Shown here: in pieces, positions 10,227 through 20,666 of the stretch
How the letters are laid out: every line of letters starts with the position of its first letter
Position numbering within the stretch: the stretch's first letter is position 1
DNA from: Aureliella sp.
GTDB taxonomy: Bacteria > Planctomycetota > Planctomycetia > Pirellulales > Pirellulaceae
Assembly (NCBI GenBank): GCA_963691875.1
Contig: OY829846.1
Location: 1,472,001 to 1,536,000 of the forward strand
Direction: 5' to 3'
Length of the DNA: 64,000 nt
Translations under genes and position numbers: made by a program
The notes under the pieces: model-generated
What the model saw: only the letters and a program-made list of their open reading frames with translations
What the model was told of the DNA's origin: nothing
Databases searched by the model: none

Positions 10227-11324
10227 CTAGTTGGCAGTGATATCCGCGTTGGGTTCGCCACCATCCTTACTGCCTAGCGCACCCCAGACACCATAGTCAG
10301 ATGGGCCGGACGGGTTTGCAACACTGTTGGCAGTGATGTCGCCAGTGTCGATGTTCTCTGAAACGAAGTGGACCGATGCATCACACATCGCCACATTCAC
10401 ACCACCTGTGTGATAGCTGGAAGGCGGTGACATATCTTCGTTACCGTCTACGCCACCCCAATGACAGCTAGGACCGTTTGGACGAATCATAGTCGCGAAT
10501 CCACAGAAGTACGGACGACCGTCCCAAGCACGACCACCAGTCGGACGGAAGTTCGCACGAACTTGTCCTGTCAAGCGGTTGTCAGGACCAACACGAGCGT
10601 AGCAAGCAGCGGGATTCCAGGCACGCACGTTGAGTGCAACACCACCCTTGAGATCACGAACTCCTCCACCAGCAACCCGCTCACTCATCATCAAAGTGTT
10701 TGAGGTCCCATCTACGATGGCTCCCATTGGCAACCAGCGGTTTATTTGAAAAGCACCTCGATTGTCACGTCCCGACTGCTCAGGCCGGAAGTGATTTTGA
10801 TGATAATCGTCACCAACGCAAACCTTGTAGTTTAGGATCGAAGGGCTCTCGTTTCGGTTCTGAATTGGTGGGTCAGATGGACAAATAAATGCTGGGATGT
10901 CCACCTTCCAGTTCTGGTTAGCCCAAGCTATACGCTCAGGGTCGTTTCCGTAGTGACCGTTATTGTAAGCCCAAGGGTTAGGAAGACCAGGACCAGCAGG
11001 CTTCGCTCTGGCACTCATTGCATTTGCAAGTGGGTTTTGCTCAATGTAGGGCAATAGTGCGATGGTGAACGCATAACGCCGCCAATTCCAACGTCCTAGC
11101 CCAGGGTTATTTGTGTACCCCAACGCTGTAAAGCGACGGTTTGCAGATTCATAATTATGCTCTGCCAATGATAGCTGCTTCAGGTTGTTTGAGCACTGCA
11201 TACGACGTGCAGCCTCTCTAGCGGCCTGAACCGCTGGGAGCAAAAGCCCCACCAGAATGCCGATAATGGCAATGACAACCAGTAGCTCTACAAGCGTAAA
11301 GCCCTGCCGTACATTCTTTTTCAT
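10227..11324 (-). CDS. DUF1559 (SBP_bac_10) prepilin-type N-methylation domain protein
   Basis: G|FTLVELLVVIAIIGILVGLLLPAVQAAREAARRMQCSNNLKQ; FICPSD; DGTSNT; C-terminal H-X9-D(G/A) motif (HTGGVNVAMCDASV). Confidence 0.96.
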   Translation of the reverse strand: MKKNVRQGFTLVELLVVIAIIGILVGLLLPAVQAAREAARRMQCSNNLKQLSLAEHNYESANRRFTALGYTNNPGLGRWNWRRYAFTIALLPYIEQNPLANAMSARAKPAGPGLPNPWAYNNGHYGNDPERIAWANQNWKVDIPAFICPSDPPIQNRNESPSILNYKVCVGDDYHQNHFRPEQSGRDNRGAFQINRWLPMGAIVDGTSNTLMMSERVAGGGVRDLKGGVALNVRAWNPAACYARVGPDNRLTGQVRANFRPTGGRAWDGRPYFCGFATMIRPNGPSCHWGGVDGNEDMSPPSSYHTGGVNVAMCDASVHFVSENIDTGDITANSVANPSGPSDYGVWGALGSKDGGEPNADITAN

Positions 11325-11741
11325 TAGTCACTCCTCAATGAAAAGAAAATGAAACCGATTTCAGGATTGAAAACGTACTCGTTGATAAGAACCTCATTCT
11401 AATACTAAGTAGCTGTTTAAACAACAGAATTGAGAATTTGATGGGTACTTATGAGCCGTTGTGGTTTACCTCACGGAAAGATATCGACCTTTACTGTCCC
11501 ATTGGGGGAATTGTAAAGAAGCGGAGGAGGGGAAACCTGTCAGCAGTTAGCCCCCTGCCGCAGCTGGACTCGCCAGTTTTTCACTGATTACGCCTAGAGC
11601 AGAGCCGAATGTAAATAGGCGATTCCGATCGGTTCCTGCAGCAAATTCTGATTGTTCGTCCGTTTGCAGTACTCAGCTCGACGCGTCAATTTTTACGGCG
11701 TCGTATGTTAGCTAAATCCGCTTTTCGTCCTAGCTATCGTC

Positions 11742-12434
11742 CTAGGAGCGTTCTTCGGGTCCTGGCGGGAGCGGTTTCTCCAGAGAACGCGCCCCCAATA
11801 AAAGCGTGCTGCCACCCACCAACACGAAACTGCCAATCAAGAACACCAGGCGGTTCTCATTGGTTACGGGGAATCCTGCGTCGTGTCCTTCAAGTGGAGT
11901 AACAAGGCCCAATAAGATGCAATAAACGAATACGGCGAGGCAACTGCCAACTACTGCACCAACAATGCAGTCGACAGCATTCTTCAGGTTTCCGGCCGCG
12001 ATAACTGAGATTGCCACTGCCCCAGCGATAGGTAAATACATAAGGCCCCATTTCTGAGCCCAATAAGTAGTAGTGGGTTCAAACCTCACCGCATGATCAA
12101 ACCAAAAGCCTAAATTGGCCGTAGCCCATCCAGCCCCCGCACCAGCAAGCACCCCGACGACAATGCCCAAGAATCGAAGTGGCAAGTTGCGAGCTCCTGC
12201 ACTACACAAAGCTGTACAGGCCGCCAAAGCAGCGCCCCAGGCAGCAAACACAATGGCGTCGCTACGTAGAGCCGATTGATTCAACTCCGCGGATTGCTCT
12301 TCGGTCACCTCCAGGGATGTACGAGCTGCCTCGGAGGCAAATTTGTCCATCTTGTAACTCGCTACAACCGTGTACCACAAAGTGGGGACGGCAATCGCAG
12401 CACAAACGGCGAACGCGATGAGGCTTTTGATCAT
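11742..12434 (-). CDS. Hypothetical polytopic membrane protein (~6 TM)
   Basis: Multiple Gly/Ala-rich hydrophobic segments; co-oriented at the end of the CRTAC1/TPR array. Confidence 0.75.
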   Translation of the reverse strand: MIKSLIAFAVCAAIAVPTLWYTVVASYKMDKFASEAARTSLEVTEEQSAELNQSALRSDAIVFAAWGAALAACTALCSAGARNLPLRFLGIVVGVLAGAGAGWATANLGFWFDHAVRFEPTTTYWAQKWGLMYLPIAGAVAISVIAAGNLKNAVDCIVGAVVGSCLAVFVYCILLGLVTPLEGHDAGFPVTNENRLVFLIGSFVLVGGSTLLLGARSLEKPLPPGPEERS

Positions 12435-12545
12435 GGAATTCTCGGCAACTTGATAATCTGAATTTCTGCACATAGTAGCAGAAGAAAAGGCGCTCGAAAG
12501 CATACAGCAGATGGATCTGGCGCAGTCAGTCCTAGGCGGGAAACA

Positions 12546-14198
12546 TCAGTCCTGCACGATCTCGGTTCGTTCGCCAACCTTGACAATGACCTCCTGAGTC
12601 GCGCCGTCCGGCCATCGTACTCGGACTTTTACTTCCTCCTTGGAATCCAGTCCTAAACCAAAATGCAGCACGTTTCCAAAGTGACTTTGATACCCTCTAC
12701 CGCTCATCGCATCAGCGCTCTGAGTAACTTTCCCATCGACAACCACTCGAGCCCCAATCGCCTGCGTGTTCATTCCCTTGCCGCGCAACTTGAGCTGGAT
12801 CCATTTGTTGTCTGATTCCAAGTCATTCCTAAGTATGTTGGGGGCAGTATTCGAGTTCACAACAACCACGTCAATATCGCCGTCATTGTCAAAATCTTCG
12901 AAAGCAGAGCCACGGCTCGATTCGACAAGTTGTATCCCAGCACCGGCTTCTTTCGATACATCGGAGAAAAGGCCATCTTGGTTTTCGAGTATGTAATTCC
13001 GCACTTTCATTGCGGTACGATCATCGATATCTTCGATGCGATCGAAATGTCCGCAAGCGATGAAAATGTCCTTGTCGCTGTCGTTGTCGAAATCGACAAA
13101 GCCGGTTCCCCAGTTCACGTGTGGGAACAACTCGCGTGTAATCCGAACAACCGACGTCGCATCTTCAAATAGGCCATCACCAAGGTTGCGGTAGAGCACA
13201 GGCATTTCGGCTTGGTAATTCGTCACGATAAGATCCAGCAATCCGTCTTGGTTGAAGTCGGCACAGTCCACGCCCATGCTCGAGTTCGCCTTGCCTTCCG
13301 CGTCACAAGCAGCGCCATTCAGCAACCCCAGTTCTTCAAAATTTCCCTTTCCATCATTCAGGAATAAAAAGTTCGGCTGACCATCATTACACACGTAGAT
13401 ATCCGTGTCTTGGTCGTTGTCCAGGTCTGCGCAAACGAGCCCCATCCCGGGACCTGCGACCGCCCCGATGCCCGATTCTTCGCTGACGTCAACGAACGTA
13501 CCGTCTCCTTCATTGCGATAAAGAGCATCGGGGACAGGCTTGTAGTACTGCGGCCCGGCTTGAAAACGCTTGCCTTTGATCACAATTGGGACGTGGTTGT
13601 CGTACGTAAAGTCGACGTAGTTCGCGACATAAAGGTCCAAGTCGCCATCACCATCGATATCGAGAAAGCCTACCCCTGCACCAACTTGGTTACCATTGCC
13701 GACGCGAGCCTCTTCGGTAACATTCGTGAAGGTCTTGTCACCATTGTTTCGGTACAAAACGTTTGGTCCAAAGTTGTTGATATAGATGTCCAGGTCTCCA
13801 TCGCCGTCATAGTCAGCCACCGAAACGCCCAGACCGTACCCAGCGTCGCCCACGCCGGCAGCCTTGGTTACATCTTCAAAGGTCCCGTCACCATTGTTTC
13901 GATAGAGTCTGTTAGTCGGCCCGTTTTCCGCAACAGTGCCCTTCAGCGGAGAACCATTGAGAAAGTAAATATCATGGTATCCATCGCCGTCGTAATCGAA
14001 GGTAGCGAGACCAGTGGACATCCCTTCAACGATGTATCCCTGATCGCTGCCACCATGGGTGTGGACGAAGTCGATTCCTGCATCCGCCGTTACTTCTGTC
14101 ATCCGGATTGCAGTTTGCGATTGGAGTTCCGAGCAAAAAAAGCAACTCAACATGCAATAGGCTGCGAAAGCAGCCGATCTACTTCGATCGAAATACAT
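12546..14198 (-). CDS. CRTAC1 / ASPIC-UnbV family protein with FG-GAP repeats (paralog 3)
   Basis: Signal peptide; repeated D-x-D-x-D-G-x-x-D calcium blades, LYRNNGDGTF; C-terminal N.QAIGARV and RGYQSH..LHFGLG..VRWP. Confidence 0.93.
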   Translation of the reverse strand: MYFDRSRSAAFAAYCMLSCFFCSELQSQTAIRMTEVTADAGIDFVHTHGGSDQGYIVEGMSTGLATFDYDGDGYHDIYFLNGSPLKGTVAENGPTNRLYRNNGDGTFEDVTKAAGVGDAGYGLGVSVADYDGDGDLDIYINNFGPNVLYRNNGDKTFTNVTEEARVGNGNQVGAGVGFLDIDGDGDLDLYVANYVDFTYDNHVPIVIKGKRFQAGPQYYKPVPDALYRNEGDGTFVDVSEESGIGAVAGPGMGLVCADLDNDQDTDIYVCNDGQPNFLFLNDGKGNFEELGLLNGAACDAEGKANSSMGVDCADFNQDGLLDLIVTNYQAEMPVLYRNLGDGLFEDATSVVRITRELFPHVNWGTGFVDFDNDSDKDIFIACGHFDRIEDIDDRTAMKVRNYILENQDGLFSDVSKEAGAGIQLVESSRGSAFEDFDNDGDIDVVVVNSNTAPNILRNDLESDNKWIQLKLRGKGMNTQAIGARVVVDGKVTQSADAMSGRGYQSHFGNVLHFGLGLDSKEEVKVRVRWPDGATQEVIVKVGERTEIVQD

Positions 14199-14250
14199 AT
14201 TTAATTCTCTGTAGAAATCATCCGACTGTCTTTGAGCAGGCTAGAAGAGC

Positions 14251-15660
14251 TTAGAACTTCGCTGCCTCGGATTCAGCTTTTTGTGCTTGCACCTCTCGCC
14301 CCATCGCGCGAAAAGTTTTGGCAAGTAACAGGAATCCTTGCTTACTGGGCTGAAGTTTCAAAGCGTGGTTTACGTACCAAATCGCTTTCTCGGGTTGGTT
14401 CTGTTCGAGCAAAAAGTCAGTCATGGCTGCGTAGCCGGTTACCATTTGAGGGGCGAGAGAGATGGCAAGTTTGATCGATCCCTCTGCTGCCTTCACGTTT
14501 CCTGCCGCGATCTCGGTCTTGGCTAGCAAGAGATAGCCTAGGAGATTTGTTGGATCTAGTTCAACAATGCGTTCTCGAACCACTTTCTCATCAACGGTTC
14601 TTTTTTGCTTGCCATACAGTCGAGCTAACTCAGTAAGCGAAGCTAGATTATCGGGCTGCAGAGCAAGTGTACGAAGCAAGAGTTGCTCCATATCCTGTTC
14701 GCCTCCTGCCGCCTCGTAAAGCAATGCGGATTCGCTGAGCACCGAAACCGCGACGTTACGAGCCTCTGCTTCGGAGAGAACTTGATAGCGTTCCTGCGGA
14801 TCCAATTTCTTTTCGGTGAAACTCGAATATACCTTCTGGAATTTCTTCGCATCCTCGCGATTTCCATTCCGCATGCAAGCGTTAAAAAGGGCGAAGTAGC
14901 CCGACTTAGTGCGGGCCCCCAAATCGACTGCTTTTCGCAAGTTTGTTTCCGCCGACTTGGGGTCACCCAGTTTGAGTTGAGCTTGCCCGAGAATCATCAG
15001 CAACGATGCAGAGCCAGGTTGCTGCTTGAGTGCCGTTTCGATCATCGGGAGTGCTTCTTCAGCTCTTCCTTCGTTCGTCAAAGAAAGACCAAGATGGTGA
15101 CTGATATCGACGGAATCTAATCCTAACTTCCTAGCTTCCTGCAGAGTCTCGATTGCCGCCGCGTTGTCTCCTCTGTCCATCGCGATGGCCGCTAGGTTGA
15201 CGTAGTATTGCTCCACTTGTGGATCCAATTTCGCGCATTCTTGCCACAGTTTTTCTGCCTTCTCTGTTTGATGCAGCTGTGCGTACAACATTGCATTGAC
15301 GTGCATTGCCATAGGCTCGTTCGGAATCAGCTCTAGCAGTTGAGTCGCGACAAAAGTGGCTTCCGCTTCTAGCTCATCCTTGGTGGCAGGGATCTGCTTC
15401 TTGACCAATTTGATGGTTGATTCTGATGGACGCGTAACAGCAACTTCAGGCTTTGCTTCCACAGGCGTCGGCGCGGTACTCACAGACGCTCGCGGATTCG
15501 GGCTTGGCTCTTCCTGAGCAGAAGCTTGGGGGGAATCTTCGTCGCTAGGCAGCGGCTCGGGAGTGGGCCGCACAATGGAAACGATCGCCAGAGCAACTGC
15601 CACGACGCTCAACACGAGAGCAAATACACCAACCCGGTTTGTATCCGGAGAACTATTCAT
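14251..15660 (-). CDS. Membrane-anchored tetratricopeptide repeat protein
   Basis: N-terminal TM, Pro-rich linker and multiple TPR-like helices (e.g. YYVNLAAIAMDRGDNAAAIETLQEA). Confidence 0.88.
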   Translation of the reverse strand: MNSSPDTNRVGVFALVLSVVAVALAIVSIVRPTPEPLPSDEDSPQASAQEEPSPNPRASVSTAPTPVEAKPEVAVTRPSESTIKLVKKQIPATKDELEAEATFVATQLLELIPNEPMAMHVNAMLYAQLHQTEKAEKLWQECAKLDPQVEQYYVNLAAIAMDRGDNAAAIETLQEARKLGLDSVDISHHLGLSLTNEGRAEEALPMIETALKQQPGSASLLMILGQAQLKLGDPKSAETNLRKAVDLGARTKSGYFALFNACMRNGNREDAKKFQKVYSSFTEKKLDPQERYQVLSEAEARNVAVSVLSESALLYEAAGGEQDMEQLLLRTLALQPDNLASLTELARLYGKQKRTVDEKVVRERIVELDPTNLLGYLLLAKTEIAAGNVKAAEGSIKLAISLAPQMVTGYAAMTDFLLEQNQPEKAIWYVNHALKLQPSKQGFLLLAKTFRAMGREVQAQKAESEAAKF

Positions 15661-17365
15661 TGGACGCTTCTTCTCTCAAGATATGCACTTGATCTAAGTC
15701 CGAAATGACATGCGTAGAGTTTACACCGGAGGGCCAATTGACACTCACTTGTACCGGACTTTCAGATTTCCCCAACCCAAAATGAAGCCGTGAGCCATAG
15801 TGGGACTGGTAGCCTCGGCCTAGGTGTACGGCAGCTGTTTGTTGAACATCTAGATTTTCTGGGCGTTTGAGCGTGACGGTTGCTCCGGCAGCGTCTCGAT
15901 TCGAATTGTTTCCAATCAGACGCAGCATGATCCAGTGATTCTCAGTCGCAATGCTGTCCTTGACTAAACTTCGCATTACAGTGGGATGATCTTGAGCGTT
16001 CATCACGATGATGTCTACATCCCCATCGTTGTCTAAGTCTGAAAAAGCAGCGGCACGCGAACTAGCTCGAGTCGAAAGCACACCTGCTTCGTCACCTTCA
16101 ATTTTTGCAAAACGCATAGCGCCTTGGTTATGAAGTAGGTAGTTCTCGATTTTGACCTGCGTCGTATCTCGGACGGCTACGATATTGTCCATGAAATGCC
16201 CACATGCGACGAAGATATCAGTGAGCGAGTCGTTGTCAAAGTCAACTAGCCCAACCCCCCAGTGTACGTGAGCAAAGAGTTTTCGATCGATTCGAGCGCG
16301 ATTGGTGTCGTCGGCGAATGCCCCGCCACCAAAATTCAAATACAGAATCGGCATTTCATCCTGATAAGTCGTCGTGAAGCAATCTAGCAATCCATCGCCG
16401 TCGAGGTCGCGCAACTCGATTCCCATATTGCCGTTTGCCTTGCCGTTCCCGTCCAAAGCCATTCCGGACAAAATGGCTTGTTCCGTAAAGTCCCCCGTGC
16501 CATCGTTGAGCAACACAAAATTAGGCTTCGTATCGTTTGCCACAAGGATGTCGCAGTCACCGTCCAAATCGATGTCAGCTGCGATCACCCCCATTCCAGT
16601 GCCTGCCACAGCTGAGACGCCGGAGCTCTCCGATACGTCTGTAAATTTTCCCTCGCCGTCGTTTCGATACAAACGATCCGGTTGCGGTGGGTAATCCAAA
16701 GGTCCCGGGTGGAATTGGTATTTTCCAATGAACCTCTTCATGTGATCTTCGAAAGTGAACTGCTGGTAGTTGGCGGCATAGAGATCCAGATCGCCGTCTC
16801 CTTCCATGTCGAACATTACCACGCCTGCGCCAAATTCACGTCCGCCGTCAACGCCAGCCCATTCCGATGCTTCCGAAAAAGTCCCGTCGCCGTGGTTTAT
16901 GTAGAGTCGATTGGGTCCAAAATTTGAAACATAAACATCCACATCCCCGTCATTATCGACGTCGCCACAGACAACTCCCAATCCGTAACCCGCGTCGTCC
17001 AACCCCGATTCCTGCGAAACATCCGTGAAAGTGAAGTTGCCGTTGTTGCGATAGAGGACATTCCGAGGTGAATCATCGGTTACAGGTTCAAACCACTCTG
17101 TGCCCTCTTCGGGCAAAGTTCGACCGTTGAGAAAGTAGATGTCCTCGAAACCATCCCCGTCGAAATCGAAAATCGCCATTCCCGATCCAAACGGTTCGAC
17201 GACGTAATACTGCCCCTTGCTACCAGTTGTGTGCTGGAACTGAATGCCAGAACTTGTGCTGGCATCTGAGAACCATTCTTGGCTGACTGCAGAAGCATTG
17301 AGGCCCAGCTTCAGAGCCACAACAATCATACTGACGCATAGTCTTGTCGAAAGCTTGCTCGTCAT
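15653..17365 (-). CDS. CRTAC1 / ASPIC-UnbV family protein (paralog 2)
   Basis: FG-GAP D-x-D-x-DG repeats, NRDAAGATV, RGYQSHYGSRLHFGLG; overlaps both neighbours. Confidence 0.93.
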   Translation of the reverse strand: MTSKLSTRLCVSMIVVALKLGLNASAVSQEWFSDASTSSGIQFQHTTGSKGQYYVVEPFGSGMAIFDFDGDGFEDIYFLNGRTLPEEGTEWFEPVTDDSPRNVLYRNNGNFTFTDVSQESGLDDAGYGLGVVCGDVDNDGDVDVYVSNFGPNRLYINHGDGTFSEASEWAGVDGGREFGAGVVMFDMEGDGDLDLYAANYQQFTFEDHMKRFIGKYQFHPGPLDYPPQPDRLYRNDGEGKFTDVSESSGVSAVAGTGMGVIAADIDLDGDCDILVANDTKPNFVLLNDGTGDFTEQAILSGMALDGNGKANGNMGIELRDLDGDGLLDCFTTTYQDEMPILYLNFGGGAFADDTNRARIDRKLFAHVHWGVGLVDFDNDSLTDIFVACGHFMDNIVAVRDTTQVKIENYLLHNQGAMRFAKIEGDEAGVLSTRASSRAAAFSDLDNDGDVDIIVMNAQDHPTVMRSLVKDSIATENHWIMLRLIGNNSNRDAAGATVTLKRPENLDVQQTAAVHLGRGYQSHYGSRLHFGLGKSESPVQVSVNWPSGVNSTHVISDLDQVHILREEASNE

Positions 17366-19092
17366 GGCTGGACCACCGTCAAGATTTGGTCGGCGGCAAT
17401 ATCATCGATTACCTGCTCGCTGCCGTCGGGCCAAATGATAGTGCAGCGCGTGATGCTCTCTGCCTTGCCTAGCCCAAAATGAAGTCGAGATCCAAAATGT
17501 CCCTGGTACCCACGCCCAGATCGCTTTTCCGCTCTTTGTTGACCAGATTCGGTCTCGACAGAAACGCTCGCTCCCACCGCATCACGGTTGGAGGAATTCC
17601 CCACTAGATCGAGCTGAAGCCAATGGTTTTGTCCATCGAGGGTGTTTTCCAAGAACTGAGAAGATTGCGAGCAGTTGAGGACTGCGATGTCGATGTCTCC
17701 GTCGTGGTCAAAGTCTTCGAAAACTGCTGATCGACTACTCTGTGCGGTGTCCAGCGCTTTACCCACTAGTACGCTGATTGAGCGAAACCGGAGATCTCCC
17801 ATGTTCTCCAGCACGGTATTGGGTGCATCGAATGCGGTAAGCGATGTCAACTCCGACGCATTTTTGAGAAAATGCCCGTTGCAAATGAACGCGTCCTTAT
17901 CCGTATCGCAATCTAGATCGACCAAACCGACCGACCAGTTTACGTGTGGCCGCAGTTCGATGCCTGCACGACTTCGCCTCGTAGAGTCGAGGAATAGCCC
18001 TGCGGCATTCTGAAATAGCATCGGAAATTGCTCGGTGTAATCTGTAACAAACAGATCGATCGACAAGTCATGATCCAGATCGCCAGCGTCAACTCCCATG
18101 CTGCCATTGGGAAGTCCCAGCACATCTACAGCAACGCCGACTAGCAAAGCAGCTTCAAGGAAGTTGCCATTCCCTTCATTTTGATAGTAGCGATTCGGCG
18201 CGCCATCGCAGGCTACAAAAATGTCTGTGTCACCGTCGTCATCAAAATCTGCTGCCACCGCACCCATGCTGGGGCCGCTTGTTTCGCGGATACCGCTCGA
18301 TTCACTTTGATCGCGAAACCGTCCGTTTCCATCGTTGATAAAAAGGCTGTCACTGGTTGGCGGAAAGTCTTTCGGACCTGGTGGAAAAGGCACCGCCGCC
18401 GGCAGCAATTTGGCATGGCGTTCAAAGTCAAAGTCAACATAGTTCGCAACGAAAAGATCTAAGTCGCCGTCAGAATCTGCATCGAGGAACACCACTCCAG
18501 CGCCAAACTTCTCTCCGTCGCCAACTCCGGCATGCTCCGTAACATCGACAAAACTGCCGTCGCCGTTGTTACGCAACAAGCAATTCATCCCAAAGTTACT
18601 GATGTAAATATCAGCAAATCCATCGCCGTCGTAGTCTGCAATGGAGACTCCCAGCGAAAACTGGTTGCGTAGGGAAGGTAGTGCCTTATCGGTTGTAACG
18701 AACTGCAGATCCCCAAGATTTCGGAAGAGTCGGTTTGCCGTGCCCTCCGCAGCTTCTCCCTCGGCAATGGGCAGCTTACATCCATTCAGCGCAAGGACGT
18801 CAGTCATTCCATCACAATCGAAGTCGAGTGATGCCATGCCAGCACTCATGAATTGCACCAAGTACTTGTTTCCATCGTCGCCGTCAAAGTGCCGAAACTC
18901 TAGGCCACTCTGCTTCGTACGGTCCACGAGTTGAAATCCAGGTGCTTGCGCCTGTAACGACCGTGCGAACGCAAATAGTGACAAAAAGCAACAAAAGAAA
19001 TGAAACGTACGTAGACTGAATCTCTGCTGCAGCGCACATGCGGCACTCGCCTGTCCACCCGGCTCATTAGACGATTGGTTGCTCAGACTCAT
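17362..19092 (-). CDS. CRTAC1 / ASPIC-UnbV family protein (paralog 1)
   Basis: FG-GAP repeats, NRDAVGASV, RGYQGHFGSRLHFGLG; ATGA overlaps with neighbours. Confidence 0.93.
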   Translation of the reverse strand: MSLSNQSSNEPGGQASAACALQQRFSLRTFHFFCCFLSLFAFARSLQAQAPGFQLVDRTKQSGLEFRHFDGDDGNKYLVQFMSAGMASLDFDCDGMTDVLALNGCKLPIAEGEAAEGTANRLFRNLGDLQFVTTDKALPSLRNQFSLGVSIADYDGDGFADIYISNFGMNCLLRNNGDGSFVDVTEHAGVGDGEKFGAGVVFLDADSDGDLDLFVANYVDFDFERHAKLLPAAVPFPPGPKDFPPTSDSLFINDGNGRFRDQSESSGIRETSGPSMGAVAADFDDDGDTDIFVACDGAPNRYYQNEGNGNFLEAALLVGVAVDVLGLPNGSMGVDAGDLDHDLSIDLFVTDYTEQFPMLFQNAAGLFLDSTRRSRAGIELRPHVNWSVGLVDLDCDTDKDAFICNGHFLKNASELTSLTAFDAPNTVLENMGDLRFRSISVLVGKALDTAQSSRSAVFEDFDHDGDIDIAVLNCSQSSQFLENTLDGQNHWLQLDLVGNSSNRDAVGASVSVETESGQQRAEKRSGRGYQGHFGSRLHFGLGKAESITRCTIIWPDGSEQVIDDIAADQILTVVQP

Positions 19093-20666
19093 TGGCCACT
19101 CGACGATGCATTGCCAGTCGGTGGACCAAGTGGCGGATTACGAAACGGGGGGCCTGGCTGAAACTGATTTACTGGTCCAGGTGCGAGGCTGCCACGCGCC
19201 CCGGGAATCGCCTGTGCTCCGATTGGTCCATTCTCAGGTGGCGGTGCTTGGCCCTGTTGCCACATCGGATGATCAGGCCAAGTCGCCTGTGCCTTTTGCA
19301 AAGCTGCATCGGCTGATTCAATCTTACCCGTTGCATCGTAAGTCGCTGCGAGCAACACGTAGGACTCCACGCTCGGGCTTCTTTCAACGACTGTTGCTGC
19401 CAACACCAGTGCGTCTTCGGGACGACTCATGGCCATGTAGAGCTTACAAAGCGACGCCTGAGCAAGCGTGCCGTCAGGATCTTTGCGAATCGCTGTCTGC
19501 AGAGTACTAACCGCTTCCTGCGCCAACCCGACCTTCGAAAGCAGACTCGCTAAGTTGACGTCGTTCAAGATGTTTTCGGGCTGTTTCGCGACAAGTATTC
19601 GGTGTACTGCGATTGCCCTGCCAACTTCGCGTTGCTCTAACAAGATGCTCGCAAGCGAAAGGTAGGCCTGGATGCCATTCGGATTGATCGCGATGGCTTC
19701 GCGCACCCAATCCTCAGCAGAGTCGTTGTCGCCATTTTGATTGGCGACCGATGCAGAAGCCAAGTAGAGATTAAATCCAATCTGCCGCAGAGCGCTGGAG
19801 TAACGTTCTTGGAAGCCATCTTGATTTACTTCGGTCTTTTTTTGTTGCATCCCTTGGATCTGGGTGCGAACCTCCCTTGCTTCGTCGGTCTTCTTTTGCC
19901 GTTGCAATGCACCGGCCAAAGTAAACAGCGCGGCTTCGTTTGGCCCGCTCAACTCTATAGCTTTGCGGATGCTCGCCTCAGCTTCCGCAAAGGCATTGCT
20001 CTGCATCTGAACGCGAGCCAGGTTTTTCCAAAGCTCGGGACTCGTTGAGTATTGAGACGAGCACTGCTGCAGCAGCTCACGTGCTTCCTCGATATTCCCA
20101 AGGTTCTCATGAGCTTGGGCGAGATTGAGAAAGAGACCTTCTGATTCGAGCCCGTTCAGTCGCGCTTGTTCAAGCAGCTCAATAGCGCTACTTTCCTCTC
20201 CTGTTTGCATCTTGATTTTGGCTAGCCCCAGATAGGGGCCCAACTTGATGCGCGTCATCGAGAGGGCATGTTGCCAAGACTCAGCAGCCAGCTTACTTTG
20301 TTTCAACTCCATGTAAAGCTGAGCGGCGACGTGATGGGCGGCTGGGTTCTTACCCTGCTTAGATCGCAGCGTTTCTGCTAGTTGAGTCAGCTTTGCCCGA
20401 AGCGTTTCGACATCCACGTTCTTGGCCGCGGAGGGCAAACCCAGTTCGGCGATCGTGACTGATGTGTACTCGAAGTCTTTGCCCGGCAGTGTTGGGCCCG
20501 CAGCAACCGCTTCCGCCCCAGGCGTCTCGCCCGCTGCTGCTACTTCCTCAATTTCGTCCATTGGTGTCAGAAGAACGACGACACAAATGATCGCCGCTGC
20601 TCCCAGAATGCTTACCAGGAAAATGGCGACTGAGTTGTTATTTTTTTTGGGCGGGGACAAGTTCAC
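19089..20666 (-). CDS. Membrane-anchored tetratricopeptide repeat protein with Pro/Gly-rich tail
   Basis: N-terminal TM and TPR helices (e.g. LWKNLARVQMQSNAFAEAEASIRKAIEL). Confidence 0.88.
   Translation of the reverse strand: MNLSPPKKNNNSVAIFLVSILGAAAIICVVVLLTPMDEIEEVAAAGETPGAEAVAAGPTLPGKDFEYTSVTIAELGLPSAAKNVDVETLRAKLTQLAETLRSKQGKNPAAHHVAAQLYMELKQSKLAAESWQHALSMTRIKLGPYLGLAKIKMQTGEESSAIELLEQARLNGLESEGLFLNLAQAHENLGNIEEARELLQQCSSQYSTSPELWKNLARVQMQSNAFAEAEASIRKAIELSGPNEAALFTLAGALQRQKKTDEAREVRTQIQGMQQKKTEVNQDGFQERYSSALRQIGFNLYLASASVANQNGDNDSAEDWVREAIAINPNGIQAYLSLASILLEQREVGRAIAVHRILVAKQPENILNDVNLASLLSKVGLAQEAVSTLQTAIRKDPDGTLAQASLCKLYMAMSRPEDALVLAATVVERSPSVESYVLLAATYDATGKIESADAALQKAQATWPDHPMWQQGQAPPPENGPIGAQAIPGARGSLAPGPVNQFQPGPPFRNPPLGPPTGNASSSGQ

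Noticed and set aside
11330..11700. Riboswitch (e.g. cobalamin) upstream of DUF1559
   Set aside because: No B12-box or other recognisable aptamer consensus found
13410..14204. 264-aa plus-strand ORF and similar antisense ORFs (5998-6702, 29182-29706, 41055-41720)
   Set aside because: Shadow ORFs opposite well-supported genes
12546..19092. Enediyne biosynthetic cluster, suggested by the UnbV name
   Set aside because: No PKS, thioesterase or other biosynthetic genes are present; ASPIC/UnbV proteins are widespread in planctomycetes
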